Shown here piece by piece: positions 1-13,389 of a stretch of 64,000 nt of DNA (the first letter of the stretch is position 1; each line of letters opens with the position of its first letter). Source of the DNA: Chara braunii (Eukaryota > Plantae > Charophyceae). A model generated the notes under the pieces. The model was given only the letters and a program-made list of their open reading frames with translations. It was not told where the DNA came from and made no database searches. Both the position numbers and the translations under genes were made by a program. The stretch covers positions 2,595,803-2,659,802 of the forward strand of contig BFEA01000001.1 of NCBI GenBank assembly GCA_003427395.1, in the 5' to 3' direction.

Positions 1-289
1 GGGCACAACCCCCCAAAAACTCCTTAAGACCCGAAATCAAATTTATTCCGCCTTAAAGGAGAGTCGGACCCCCAAGATAATTTTTCTACCTCTAAAGCGG
101 TGGGCCGTACCCCCCCCTAAATCGTTTGCACGACAAAATTAAATTGTACCTCTCTTATATCCCACTCGCACTCCTAAAATATTTTTTGTACCCTTAAAGA
201 GGTGAGTCATACCACCTGCGTAGCACGACGAACGTGTTCGCGCCGCTTCACGTTCACGTGAACAGCTCGCGAAAATAATTGTTTTTTCG

Positions 290-292
<3 letters not shown>

Positions 293-364
<72 letters not shown>

Positions 365-564
365 TCAAATAGAACTGCCCGGTAAACCGTAGGCAGAGAG
401 GGAGAAGAGGACAACAAACGAGGGNNNNNNNNNNNNNNNNNNNNNNNNNNNNNNNNNNNNNNNNNNNNNNNNNNNNNNNNNNNNNNNNNNNNNNNNNNNN
501 NNNNNNNNNNNNNNNNNNNNNNNNNNNNNNNNNNNNNNNNNNNNNNNNNNNNNNNNNNNNNNNN

Positions 565-599
<35 letters not shown>

Positions 600-682
600 T
601 CACAAACAGAACTGCCCGGTAAACCGTAGGCAGAGAGAGAGAAGAGGACAACAAACGAGGGGCTGTGATATATATATATATA
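293..682. repeat. (TA)n microsatellites interleaved with two copies of a ~65 bp unit; third copy at ~47936-48008
   Basis: CAAA(T/C)AGAACTGCCCGGTAAACCGTAGGCAGAGAG..GAAGAGGACAACAAACGAGGG at ~362-424 and ~598-667, either side of an N-gap. A diverged copy also follows a TA tract at 47936. Confidence 0.8.
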
Positions 683-2199
683 CAAGGTTGCCAGACTGAA
701 TGTACGGAGTTCCCTAAGCTCTACACGGGAATACAGGCCCGAAGTCAAAGTCAACTCGTAGGAGTCCACCACAGCCGTCGATCAGATGCATCTCAAAGGC
801 TGTCTGCAGGTATCCAGAAGATTGCGGTCCAAGTGGGACACAGGGAAAGCATGGGATAGCGCTGCATCCAGGCCATGGACTTCAGATAATCTGGGTCGTC
901 GACCCCAGGAGGCTGGAGGCTGGTCAATGCGAGGCAACAGTATATAGAGTTGACCGAGCCACCGTGGAGATCATTGTGCCTTGCATAAGCATGCGGCCAA
1001 GCTGCTCTGCGCACGGCGAGAGGCTGCGGGTGCCAGGCTGTGAGGAAGGGCACCAGCCAGAGTGTGGTGAGGAGAGAGAGAGAGTGGGCGGCCATAGCTG
1101 CCATTGTAGATGTTTCTGGTATACAGCAAGGTGGTGAAGAGATCAGGCTGTGAGACTGGAAGAGGAGATCGCGGAAGGGACTCTTACCTTGTCCTGCCTG
1201 TTGTTGGTATGGTGACACTGCGGCTGTTCTTCACGTTGACAGAGGAAGGGACTTGCCAACCTCCATAGCCTGGAGGAAGGGGAGGTTGTGCGCCCTGATT
1301 GATGGTGCACAGAGACTTCATCAGCCACATGTCAGATTGAGAGAATACTGCTGAGGTGACGCTGAGGGAGATGCCCGAAGGAGGAGAGGGAGAGGAGCAT
1401 AGTTGTATTATTGATTGTTATTGTAATTCTCCTCTCTCTCCTCATTGTCTGTTCTCCTTCCTTGCTCCTCTCTTTGATGATTCACTGGCTTGAAGATTCA
1501 ATCACGTGAGACTTGGACATACAGTGTACTATTTGATATGCGCTGGTTCCAGACATTGCTATTTGGTTGACTGCTTCTCAAGGAGACTGGGCTCACTGCA
1601 GTTTAATTTAAATGCTTTAAGGACATAAATAAATTGGTAACGGAACTTGACCAATGCTACGATACTTGTCCGTTGTTTATTTATTTCATAATAATCTATA
1701 AATCCTTCTTTCCGTTCATGAAGTGAGAGGAGATATGACAATGAGAAAGGTGATGACTCTGATGAGAGCAATTTTTTTCCCCCTAACAAAAAACAAGAAG
1801 GATTGTCGACTCACCAAAGATGTTCCAGCCGCTCTTGAAGAATGTGAGCCTGAATATATAGAGCTTCAGCACCAGTTCAAGGATATACACACCGTTGAAA
1901 AAGTTGTTGACTACAGAGAAGTACCAGCCGCCCGCCACGTTGATTTCTGAGAAGGTCTATAATCATCAGGTGGAAACACACACCGTCGAGATAGATTCAG
2001 AAAGGAAATGAAAACGATGAGAGGAGGACATTAAGCAACACCCAGCAAGCTAGTACTTCTTATCAAAACCCCCCATGAATATTGCGCAAGGAACCAATCA
2101 ATGGGAAACACCAATTTTCCAATCTGCAAAAGTGTAATGACCTGCCAAACAGGCACACAGCTGATTTCTGAGTTTTGCTCATGGAATGTATGCCTTACT

Positions 2200-2520
2200 G
2201 AGTTTCCCACTTGTTGCTGAATTTTCTAAGTCTGTGTGGGTGCATGCTTGCTGGTCTGCATGCCTGTCTGAGTGCTTGTGGGCTTGAGTGTGTGTGTGAC
2301 CCGTAAGGGCACTTGGTTGATCCAAAGGCCCGAAGGGCAGGTACTTACCTGGGGCCGTGACATTGAGGGTTGCGGTGGGAAAAACACTCGCGCGACACTT
2401 AAGAGCAGCGGAAAACACTCAAGTAGCAGGTAGGCCGGTACCACACCAAGTAGAGGTAGATGTGCAGGGTACTCGAGGCCGAGCAGAAGAAGACAAAAGT
2501 TGGCATTTTTAGAGGCCCAG
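2200..2520 (-). repeat. Dispersed ~320 bp repeat, inverted copy of ~45910-46230
   Basis: Reverse complement matches 45910-46230, e.g. GCACATCTACCTCTACTTGGTGTG, TTTTCCGCTGCTCT, CCGCAACCCTCAATGTCACGGCC, ATCAA..AGTGCCCTT.CGGGTCAC. Confidence 0.8.
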
Positions 2521-3417
2521 TAGTTGTAGGGTAGGTCTAGGTGGGTACCAGTCCAACCAGTCCGAGTCTAGGACCTGTACGGGCAATATCAGAGTCTGCA
2601 ATGATGTCTCCCTCCGAAAGGGAGGAGGTACCAGTTGCTTGGAGGCCGCGTGGCCTAGGAAGTCACTCGCCAAGAGGCAAGCAGGCCGCTATATCTCCAG
2701 GAGGAGCAAGGTGCTCCTCCTCATTGTCGGTGTGGAAGTTTGGCGACACGCTGGTTGGAACGCTGGCTGGAGCAGCGCTGCTGGGGAAGGAGCAAGGACA
2801 CGGGGAGAAGAAGACCAGGACCAGGAAGGGGGAACGCCAGAGGTACTTACCTGGCTATGGTGGTTGCCATCTTCATCACCTTGGTGGGCGCTGCAGCAGG
2901 AAGGCCCCAGTTGGGGTAGAGAGACACCAAGAAGGTTCGAGGCAGAGTCAGGCATGGTGGCCTGAGCTAGAGCAGCCATAGCTGCTTTGTGTTGTCCTTT
3001 GCACAGCAGGGCGATGCCCTGGTAGTCCGCCAAAGCCTCGGCCTTGGAGGAAGGAGGAAGAAGGGTGGCCATGGCTATGGTGGACCTCACGTGATACCTG
3101 CAGTAGACAAGGGCTTCGTACATTGATTCTGGTTCAGCCATTCAACATTATTATTATTATTATTTCTTGTTTGAATAAGAGGGGAGGAGATAAGGAGGAG
3201 GAGAGTGGTTGGCGAAGAAGAGGAGCATTATCATTGATCTATGCTGGTGTACGTCATCTTCTTCTTCTTCTTCTTTCCCTGTCCCTCCTCTCAAGTTCAT
3301 TCATTTCTTTTTGCAATTGGACGGCATTGTACTTTCTGATGAATGTGTACTTCGAAATTGGCCAGGATCATAAAAAAAAACTCAAAGCAGGACAAACATA
3401 TATGAACAAAGCTGAAA

Positions 3418-4350
3418 TGAAACGGTATTCACCTGTTCGCAGTAGCCGATGCAGATCCCAGGGCTCGGTCCCTAGACTTACCTTACCTTTGTACAGTATC
3501 TGTGTCAACCCCGAGGGTTGAACCCGTGACCTGTGTATTTGTAAGAGTTGGTAGACTGTCGTCGGGTCCGTAGGTAGTAGGGGTTCGATCTGTAGACCTG
3601 TCGGGTACGAGTCTTAGCAAGGTCTAGAAGTCGTAGCTGTAGTTCCTCCGAAAGGTCAAGGTCGTAGCTACCACAGTATCGAAAGGCCAAGTCCACAGCC
3701 TTCCAGAAGGTCCTTGTAGTGGCCTTTCGAAGTTGCTCACGTTTAGGCTGAGGCAAGTGGGCAAGTGGTGGAGTCCACCCATGCTGAGTCAGCAGTCCCA
3801 GTCCCAGTCAGTCCTAGTCCAGTCAAGCAAGTACCGTATGGGACTGTGTGCACCACGGGCATGGGAAAGGGCCAGACCAATGAGATACAGAAGTATAAAT
3901 CAAGAGGCGGCGCCCAGCCATTCATTCATTTCTGCGTAAGCCATGCGGAAGGGCTGCCACAGCGACTTGTGCGAGGTGGTCTGCAGTGAGCCCGAAGACG
4001 AAGTGGGCGAGAGAAGGAGCTTAGCCATAGCGATAGGGTAGCGGCGGCCATAGCCGCCATAACTGCTAGGAGAGTGGAGCGTGTATGTGTGTGTGTGAGT
4101 GCACAGTGTACTGCGTGTGGGATATCCAAGGTGATCCTAAGACGAGTGCATGTGAACAGGGGAGTTGAGTGAAGTGTCGAACAGAGAGTTGTGTGGGCGC
4201 TGAGGCGCCATAGCCATTTGAAGTGAACTNGNATCTGAACTGCNTTTTTGGCTACCATATCTCTGAGTTCTGAGTGGGCGGTTGTCGCCAGTTTGCTGCG
4301 CAACCTGTTTGCATGCATGTGAAGTGTGAATGAAAGCGAGTCTGATTGCA
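3418..4350 (+). repeat. 5' LTR (visible part)
   Basis: Near-identical to 11366-12265 apart from substitutions, a 24 bp indel and a 3 bp indel. Confidence 0.93.
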
Positions 4351-5700
4351 NNNNNNNNNNNNNNNNNNNNNNNNNNNNNNNNNNNNNNNNNNNNNNNNNN
4401 NNNNNNNNNNNNNNNNNNNNNNNNNNNNNNNNNNNNNNNNNNNNNNNNNNNNNNNNNNNNNNNNNNNNNNNNNNNNNNNNNNNNNNNNNNNNNNNNNNNN
4501 NNNNNNNNNNNNNNNNNNNNNNNNNNNNNNNNNNNNNNNNNNNNNNNNNNNNNNNNNNNNNNNNNNNNNNNNNNNNNNNNNNNNNNNNNNNNNNNNNNNN
4601 NNNNNNNNNNNNNNNNNNNNNNNNNNNNNNNNNNNNNNNNNNNNNNNNNNNNNNNNNNNNNNNNNNNNNNNNNNNNNNNNNNNNNNNNNNNNNNNNNNNN
4701 NNNNNNNNNNNNNNNNNNNNNNNNNNNNNNNNNNNNNNNNNNNNNNNNNNNNNNNNNNNNNNNNNNNNNNNNNNNNNNNNNNNNNNNNNNNNNNNNNNNN
4801 NNNNNNNNNNNNNNNNNNNNNNNNNNNNNNNNNNNNNNNNNNNNNNNNNNNNNNNNNNNNNNNNNNNNNNNNNNNNNNNNNNNNNNNNNNNNNNNNNNNN
4901 NNNNNNNNNNNNNNNNNNNNNNNNNNNNNNNNNNNNNNNNNNNNNNNNNNNNNNNNNNNNNNNNNNNNNNNNNNNNNNNNNNNNNNNNNNNNNNNNNNNN
5001 NNNNNNNNNNNNNNNNNNNNNNNNNNNNNNNNNNNNNNNNNNNNNNNNNNNNNNNNNNNNNNNNNNNNNNNNNNNNNNNNNNNNNNNNNNNNNNNNNNNN
5101 NNNNNNNNNNNNNNNNNNNNNNNNNNNNNNNNNNNNNNNNNNNNNNNNNNNNNNNNNNNNNNNNNNNNNNNNNNNNNNNNNNNNNNNNNNNNNNNNNNNN
5201 NNNNNNNNNNNNNNNNNNNNNNNNNNNNNNNNNNNNNNNNNNNNNNNNNNNNNNNNNNNNNNNNNNNNNNNNNNNNNNNNNNNNNNNNNNNNNNNNNNNN
5301 NNNNNNNNNNNNNNNNNNNNNNNNNNNNNNGTGTCTGACGACTCGACTGTCCCGGAGGACACGAACCCTCCCAAGGACCAGTACTGACCGGCGGGCTGCT
5401 CGGTGTGGCACGGTAGGCCCAAAATCCGAGCTGTGGGCTGCACAACGGGCCGTTTAAGTCCTGGGAGGACCTGCTGATCGCGTCGTCCTGTCTGCGACGT
5501 TAAAGAATTCCTAAGGAGTTACGGGGGTAACAGGTCCTGTAGTGACAGCCTTAGGGTAGGTCCAGGCTAGAGACCCTAGTTGACAGGATCCTGTCCGGAT
5601 TCTGTGGTCCTTAGATTAAGTCCGTAGGTTGAGTCAGTCAGGGGGAGTAGAGTCTAAGTGGTGAGGAGTGGAACCGTTGTTCGGTTGTGCACCAGACACC

Positions 5701-7673
5701 ATGGTTGACACCCGTAGTGGGACGAGTACTGCCCCCTACACCCAAGCTCAAGAGGAGCAAGTCGCCGCCATACTGAGGGAGAGAAGGGAGAAGGAGCTCC
5801 TCAAGCACGCAAAGTTGAAGGCGATAGCGGAGGAGCAGGCGGCGAAGAAGAAGAAGTTGGAGGAAGAGATGAGGAGATTAGTGCAGGAGGAGGAAGAGAA
5901 GAGGAGGGTTGTTGAAGAAGAAGCAGCAGCAAAGGAGGAAGTCGAAGAAGAACCCCTCGAAAAAAGGCGTAAGGACGCGAGGGGAGAAAGCAGTGGCATA
6001 ACGGCGGAGGACAAATGGATGGAAAAGAAAATTAGTGAGTGGGTGGCTAATTTATCGCTGGGAGAGGATGAGGAGGCACTGCTGTACGTGCCTCAGGAGG
6101 AGAGAGAGGCATTCGCTAGGGAGTTGGAAGTGATGGAGGACCCTTTGGATCGCCAGACAACAGAAGATGAAAAGAGGTCGGAGTGGAAATTGCGTCTGAC
6201 GAGGGAGAAGAAGAGAAGGAGGGAGGAAGCCAACCGGATAGCTAGAGAGGTGGAGAAAGTCCAAGCATGCAGACAAGAGGTGCAGGCACAAGCAGAGACC
6301 CCCGCGAAGTTAGATAAGATCTTGGGGTATCTTGAAGTCTTGAGTCAGACCTGGCTGAGGAGCATCAGGCCAATAAGGGCCAAGATGTGACCCTTCATGC
6401 CATTCGGTCAGGGTTTAGAGAGTTTGCGCGCAACGTGGTGACCCACGTCGGGACCGAAGTAAAGAGATTGAAGGAAGGCGCGGAGAAGTTTTGCGTCGGC
6501 ATCGTTGAAGGCGCCAAAGTAGTGGCCACAGCAGAGGCCGCGTCGCGTCCCCGCAAAGAGTCTGTTAAACTCACATTTCCTGACGCTTATAGCAGGAAAA
6601 AGGACGATAGTTTTGATAATTGGGAGGCTAGCATTAATACATATGTCTATTTACAACATATTGCCCCAGAGGAACAAGTCCTCGTAGCCTTCCATGCATT
6701 GAAGGACGAAGCGGCCAGCTTCGCCAGGTCCCTTGCACGCACCGCTGATTGCGAGCACAATATGATTGCATATTCTAGGCTCACCCCTCTCTCCACTTTC
6801 CTCAAACTCCTGCGTGAGAGGTTCGCTGATGTCACAAGGGGCGTCAGGGCCTCGAACAAGCTCCAAACCATCCACTCGCGACTGTGGAGGAGTGCGCGAG
6901 CACTCAAAGCTGTCATGGACGACTTGGTAGTCGTCCTAGACCATGGGGTCACTGAGATCCAGTTGGTCCAGTTATTTTATCGTGCCATGCCAGAGGCCTT
7001 GCGAGGGCATTTCTTCGACAAGACCTAATAGGCCAACGTCACGTATGATACGTTGAGTAGAAAAGTGGTCCTGTTTGAGGCCAAGTCCATGCTATTTTCC
7101 ACTTTCTGGCATAAGGACTTAGATAAGGGTAAGAAGTGGAAGGGTCGTACCATCTCTGGCCAAGTCAGGGCCAAGGATCATTTGATCCTTACTTTAGATG
7201 AAGGTGGTACAATTGAAGTCCCCTACAGTCAGATTGAGTGGGGGCTCGAGGAAGAGGATAGTAGTGTAGGCCAGGGAAGGACCTATGCTGCTGTCGCGGT
7301 TGGAGGGAGGCCGCAAGGTAGAGGAGGAGGCCAAGCCACGGGTGGTCGAGGACCGGGCGCACAGGGGGTTGGCGGCCAAAGGAACCGCCAAGAGGGAGGT
7401 AGGGGTCAAGGTCCCCCGTCAAATCGTCAAGGTCCTAGTCGGTCCCCGCAGCAACGAGGTGGAGGATCACCTCAGAGGAGAGGAGGTTGGCACCCAGGTT
7501 GGCCACAAGGCCGACCTTCGGAAGATTTGGGCCTGGACCAGCGAGTATGGCAGCAACGTATGGACCAGGGTCAGTGCGTTTACTTTGGTGACCCGTCCCA
7601 TATTATTAAATATTGTCCTAAGTATAGACAGGCCCAATGGGCTGCCCAAGAGTCAAAAGGCAGCCATCGGTAG
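5701..7673 (+). pseudogene. gag: Gag: coiled-coil N-terminus, capsid-like region, G/R/Q-rich linker, degenerate zinc knuckle
   Basis: MVDTRSG start at 5701, frameshift near 6360-6390, TAA-TAG at 7026-7031, knuckle remnant CVYFGDPSHIIKYC, TAG at 7671-7673. Confidence 0.85.
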
Positions 7674-10600
7674 GGGTTGCAACTGCCCCTACTACTAGGC
7701 CACGTGGGGAAGCGAGCGCGCGCGAACAGGAAACTCCCACACCACATGTGCCTTCGGCAGAGGTTGCACGCCTTCGACAGAGGTTGCAGGCCGTGCCTAG
7801 CTAGCTGTCTAGAGACTGCTTGTGTTCGTGTCTCTCTAGGCACTTCCCTCACAGGCATGGCAGAAGAGTTGAAGGAGAGAATGCCTGCCTGGGCCAAAAT
7901 GAAGAAGGATAGTAAGGGACAACTAGTCTTAGTGGATGTAGAGGTCTTTAGGAGTAGAGTAGGGTCCCTAATAGACTCAGGGGCCACTCGCAGTTATATT
8001 AGCCGTAGAGCGCTGAAGAAGCTAAGGCTAGGGTTAAAAGTCCAAAAGTTAGAAGACCCCATAGTTAGTGTCCTCGCAGACAACCGCGCTATGCGTGTTA
8101 AGGACTACGTAGAGGGAGTCCAGGTGTATTTCCGCCTAGAGAAAGATGGGAAGGTGGAGAGGGTTCTCCATTCCCTGACTCTCCTCGTACAGGATGACCT
8201 TCCTTTTGATATAGTCTTAGGTATGGATTGGGGAGAGGCAGTAGGGGCCACACTCCACTTAAGAGAGCATGAGTGTAGGCTCCCTAGTCCGTCAGGCAAG
8301 GTTAAGACTGCCCGCCTGTTTCATGTGTCTGGAGTAGATAACTCCTTGGCACATTGCTGTCTCAGTGTTCCCGCGTTCACGCGATTAGTGAGAAAAGTAG
8401 CCTATGTGAGGCATGTCACTGAGCCTAAGGAAGACACACCCATAGACCCAGCTATTGCCAAGCTGCTGGAAGAATTTAAGGATTTGACAGAGCCGCCGAT
8501 ACGAGTAGTGTCGCGGCCAATCCAACATCGTATAGAGATAGAGCCTAGCAGTGGGACTCCTAAGGGAGCAGTCTACAGGATGTCCCCAAGGGAGTTAGAG
8601 GAGCTGCGTAAGCAGTTAGACGAGTTCCTCGAAAAGGGTTGGATTAGGCCCAGTTCATCTCCTTTTGGAGCACCAGTTTTGTTTGTCCCCAAGAAGGAAG
8701 GAGAGTTACGGATGTGCATAGACTATAGGGGTCTTAATGCGATCACAGTGAAGAACGTTGAACCGCTGCCCAGGATAGACGATCTTTTAGATCGGGTGCA
8801 GGGTTGCAGATATTTTTCGAAGATCGATTTGAAGTTCGGATATCATCAGATAGAGGTCCATCCTGATGACCAGTACAAGACTGCATTCTGGACTAGATAT
8901 GGGCATTATGAGTTCATAGGGATGCCCTTCGGACCGACCAATGCGCCAACTACATTTCAGCGATGTATGAATGATTTGTTCAGACCTTGGTTAGATAGAT
9001 TCGTCGTAGTTTACTTAGACGACATTTTAGTATTCAGTAGGACCCTCCAAGAGCACCAGGGTCATTTGAGGCAGGTCTTGGAGAAGCTGAGAGAAGCTAA
9101 CTTCAAGATAAATGCGAAGAAATTCGAGTGGGCCAAGACGCAAGTCTTGTACTTGGGCCACGTTTTAGACGGAGACGACATTAAGCCTGAGGACAGCAAG
9201 ATAGCGGCGATTAGCGATTGGCCGACGCCCCGCACGTTGACTGAGTTGCGGTCGTTCCTAGGCCTAGCGAATTACTATAGGAAGTTCGTGAGGAACTTCT
9301 TGACTATCGCCGCTTCCCTTCGCAGATTGCTCATTGACAAGAAAGAGGCGATCTGGCAGTGGGATTAAGATTGTACGTCTGCGCTGAAGAAATTAAAGCG
9401 CGCATTAATAGAGTACCCTGTCCTCAAAGTAGCAGATCCATCTTTGTCATTTGTCGTCACCATGGACGCGAGTCAGTATGGTATAGGCGCCGTGTTACAG
9501 CAGGACGACGACAATGGCTACAGACCCGTAGAGTTCATGTCAGCGAGGATGCCCTCAGAGAAGGTAGCCACCTCAACGTATGAGAGAGAACTCTACGCTC
9601 TCAGGCAGGCCTTAGAGCACTGGAAGCATTACCTGCTTGGGAGGCACTTCAAGGTGTATTCAGACCACGAGACACTTAGGTGGTTGAAGACACAAACCAA
9701 AATGACACCTAAGTTGACTAGGTGGGCCGCTGAGATAGACCGGTACGACTTTGAGCTCAAGCCTGTTAAAGGAAAGTACAATGTAGTTGCGGACGCTCTA
9801 AGTAGGAGATCAGACTACTTTGGAGCTATAGTTCACTATCTGGATATAGGGAGTGACCTGCAAGAGAGAGTTAGACAGGCGTATGCGCAGGACCCTATTT
9901 ATAGTGACCTCCTCAAGAGAGTTAAGGAGGCCCCAGAGACCAAACCAGATTACCGCACTACAGAGGGGTTGCTATTTGAGAAGACTAATGTAGTAGACGT
10001 CTGTGCGTCCGTAACAGCGAGGAGATTCGTAGTTTGATCCTAGGGGAATGCCACGACACAGAGGGACATTTCGGTTGGCAAAAGACTCTAGCCAATCTGA
10101 TGCATGCGTACACTTGGCCAGGAAGTTGACTGCATAGAGTATGTCCGCAGTTGCAAAGTATGCCAGAGAAACAAGAGTACTACGCGTGCCCCTCTAGATC
10201 TTCTCAGACCCTTGCCTATTCTTGATCAGCTTGGAGATTCTGTGTCCGTTGACTTTATGGACGCCGGTGTCAAGAGTAGGCACGGCAAGAGCCAAGTCAT
10301 GGTCATAGTTGATAGATTTAGCAAGTATGCAGTTTTTGTTCCTTTGCCTGCAGAGGCACGTACTGAGTTAGTAATTCAGAAGTTTTTTTATTTTAGGGTT
10401 AGTGAGCATTGCATCCCATTGTCTATTGTTAGTGATAGAGATACTCGCTTCACGAGTCAGAACTGGCAGGAAATTGATGAGAGTCTATGGATCAAAGTTT
10501 TTGATGTCATCTGGCCGTCACCCAGAGACTAACGGTCAGACTGAGCAGATGAACAAGATCCTGCAGCAAGTTCTGCGCATGTACATTAGACCTGATCAAG

Positions 10601-11326
10601 TCAATTGGGATGAGATGTTGCCCAAGGTAGCCAGTGCGTACAACAATAGTGTGCATCTGTCCACCTGTCGCACTCCCAACGAGTTGCACGAGTCCTTTAG
10701 ACCGCGCAGACCGTTTGAGCGACTTAACCGGGATCAGATTCATAGGCTACTGCCCGGTACCAGGGAGTTCACGATACAGCACGAAAAAGAGCTAGCTACA
10801 GTCGTAGAGAACCTCAGGAAGGCCCAACATCGAATGATAGAGCAAGCCAACAAGCACCGTCGCCCATCGCAGTTCCAAGTAGGCGACTTAGTCTCGGTCA
10901 AGTCCAAAGAGTTTGCTCCTCGCAGAAGTTACTGCCAGCGTACAGGGGACCATGGCCAGTTCTAGAAGTCAAGGGCGGAGAGGATGGGTCGTCCTACACA
11001 GTAGAGATCCCAGCACACCTCCACACCTACCCGGTGTTCCATGCATCAAAGTTGTTGCCGTGTGTCACAAGTCAACAGTTTCCATCTAGAAGGTCCATGA
11101 TCCCTCCAGACATGGATGGAAGATACGACATTGACGGCATTGTAGGTGAAGACGTGTTCAGAACATGAGGTAGAGGTCGTCCATAGAAGCAATATAAGGT
11201 CCGATTTGCGTGTCAGGAACCGGAGGACGATCGCTGGTTTACCAGAACAGAACTGCTAGAAACTGCTCGCGACATAGTTAGGGCCTACGAGAGAGATAAG
11301 GGAAGTAAAGGTCCTGCCTTGGACTG
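7674..11326 (+). pseudogene. pol: Pol: aspartic protease, RT, RNase H, integrase, chromodomain
   Basis: LIDSGAT protease motif; RMCIDYRGLN, YLDD RT motifs; DASQYGIGAVL and NVVADALSR RNase H; SVDFMD, SDRD, ETNGQTEQMN integrase; YDIDGIV..YKVRF..EDDRW chromodomain at ~11120-11300. Several stops and frameshifts. Confidence 0.95.
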
Positions 11327-11365
11327 AGTTATTCTCGGAGGACCCCGAATTTAGGCCGGCAGGAG

Positions 11366-12265
11366 TGAAACACTATTCACCTGTTCGCAGTAGCCGATGC
11401 AGATCCCAGGGCTCGGTCCCTAGACTTATCTTACCTGTGTACAGTATCTGTGTCGACCCCGAGAGTTGAACCCGTGACCTGTGTATTTGTAACGTAGGTA
11501 GTGGGGGTTCGATCTGTAGACTTGTCGGGTAGGAGTCTTAGCAAGTTCTAGAAGTCGTAGCTGTAGCTCCTCCGAAAGGTCAAGGTCGTAGCTGCTACAG
11601 TATCGAAAGGCCAAGTCCACCACGGCCTTCCGGAAGGTCCTAGTAGTGGCCTTTCGAAGTTGCTCACGTTTAGGCTGAGGCAAGTGGGCAAGTGGTGGAG
11701 TCCACCCCTGCTGAGTCAGCAGTCCCAGTCCCAGTCAGTCCTAGTCCAGTCAAGCAAGTACCGTATGGGACTGTGTGCACCACGGGCATGGGAAAGGGGC
11801 AGACCAACGAGGTACAAAAGTATAAATCAAGAGGCAGCGCCCAGCCATTCATTCATTCCTGCGTAAGCCATTCGGGAGCGCAGCCACAGCGACTTGTGCG
11901 AGGTGGTCCGCAGTGGGCCCGAAGATGAAGTGGGCGAGAGAAGGAGCTTAGCCATAGCAATAGGGTAGCGGCGGCCATAGCCGCCATAGCTGCTAGGAGA
12001 GTGTAGCGTGTATGTGTGTGTGTGAGTGCACAGTGTACTGCGTGTGGGATATCCAAGGTGATCCTAAGATGAGTGCGTGTGAACAGGGGAGTTGAGTGAA
12101 GTGTCGAACAGAGAGTTGTGTGGGCGCTGAGGCGCCATAGCCATTTGAAGTGAACTCGAATCTGAACTGCGTTTTTGGCTACCATATCTCTGAGTTCTGA
12201 GTGGGCGGTTGTCGCCAGTTTGCTGCGCAACCTGTTTGCATGCATGTGAAGTGTGAATGAAAGCG
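11366..12265 (+). repeat. 3' LTR (visible part)
   Basis: Follows the PPT and matches 3418-4340. Confidence 0.93.
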
Positions 12266-12733
12266 ANNNNNNNNNNNNNNNNNNNNNNNNNNNNNNNNNN
12301 NNNNNNNNNNNNNNNNNNNNNNNNNNNNNNNNNNNNNNNNNNNNNNNNNNNNNNNNNNNNNNNNNNNNNNNNNNNNNNNNNNNNNNNNNNNNNNNNNNNN
12401 NNNNNNNNNNNNNNNNNNNNNNNNNNNNNNNNNNNNNNNNNNNNNNNNNNNNNNNNNNNNNNNNNNNNNNNNNNNNNNNNNNNNNNNNNNNNNNNNNNNN
12501 NNNNNNNNNNNNNNNNNNNNNNNNNNNNNNNNNNNNNNNNNNNNNNNNNNNNNNNNNNNNNNNNNNNNNNNNNNNNNNNNNNNNNNNNNNNNNNNNNNNN
12601 NNNNNNNNNNNNNNNNNNNNNNNNNNNNNNNNNNNNNNNNNNNNNNNNNNNNNNNNNNNNNNNNNNNNNNNNNNNNNNNNNNNNNNNNNNNNNNNNNNNN
12701 NNNNNNAGCATAACTGTGATGTGACCACCTATA

Positions 12734-12813
<80 letters not shown>

Positions 12814-13389
12814 CTAGCAATGCTGCAGAGTCTGACCATCATGAGTGTGCTCCTTGGCCATCACCAGGTAAGCTAGCCTGTTCCCACCACGAGTGTGCTC
12901 CTTGCCCTTCTCACAGTCACCCCAGACTCAGTGCTAACCCACTTCCAGTCCCAGCGCAGCCATGGCAGCTGCTGGGCGGAGCAGCCACATTGTCTGCTCC
13001 TCACCTTCTCCCTTCATTGAGCACTGAACTGGCCTCTATGTGCTCATACAGAGCTAGTGCTGCAGCCTGTACCTCGGAATGTGTGGAATGCAATGGTCTC
13101 CTCCCTTTTGTTACTTCCTGGACGCCGCGTGTGAGTTTCTGAGGACCAACTGGGCTTGAGGCTGGGTTCCAGCCTCTGAAACTAACTCAGAGTCTGGGTC
13201 TGCTGGTTAGTTGAAGAGGCTGGGGTCCAGCCTCTTTGCAACTGTATCATGCCAGCTTTGACTCAGGGATGGCGGATTTTCCACAGTGTTCACTTAGGGC
13301 CGGGTCTACTTTCTGTTGAGGTTCGCTGAGGCCTGAAGCCTCACAATTGCTTGTTAGAAGGCTCAGAACATTGGACTTTTGAATGGTTG

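Larger units (their letters stand above)
3418..12706 (+). mobile_element. Ty3/gypsy chromovirus-type LTR retrotransposon, full length, degenerate
   Basis: Two highly similar LTRs starting TGAAAC at 3418 and 11366, with PPT-like TTTAGGCCGGCAGGAG before the 3' LTR. Internal order gag-PR-RT-RH-IN-chromodomain. LTR ends and PBS fall in N-gaps, so the end coordinate is an upper bound. Confidence 0.95.

Noticed and set aside
683-1400. Minus-strand ORF 793-1218 as a LINE remnant; CAAGGTTGCCAG as a hAT terminus
   Set aside because: No diagnostic protein motif, and no partner TIR or TSD was found.
2341-2500. TACTTACCTGG (also at ~2843) resembling the U1 snRNA 5' end
   Set aside because: No U1 stem-loops, no ATTGCAC loop and no Sm site follow. 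It reads as a minus-strand CAG|GTAAGT splice-donor match.
3325-3380. Hammerhead-like CTGATGA-N11-GAAA followed by TTGGCCAGGATC
   Set aside because: The stem II closing pair is mismatched and stem I does not pair. At best a decayed motif.
4137-5457. Long ORFs spanning N-gaps or microsatellites (also 11853, 38204, 46326, 59347, 59370, 61566)
   Set aside because: Artefacts of N runs and low-complexity repeats.
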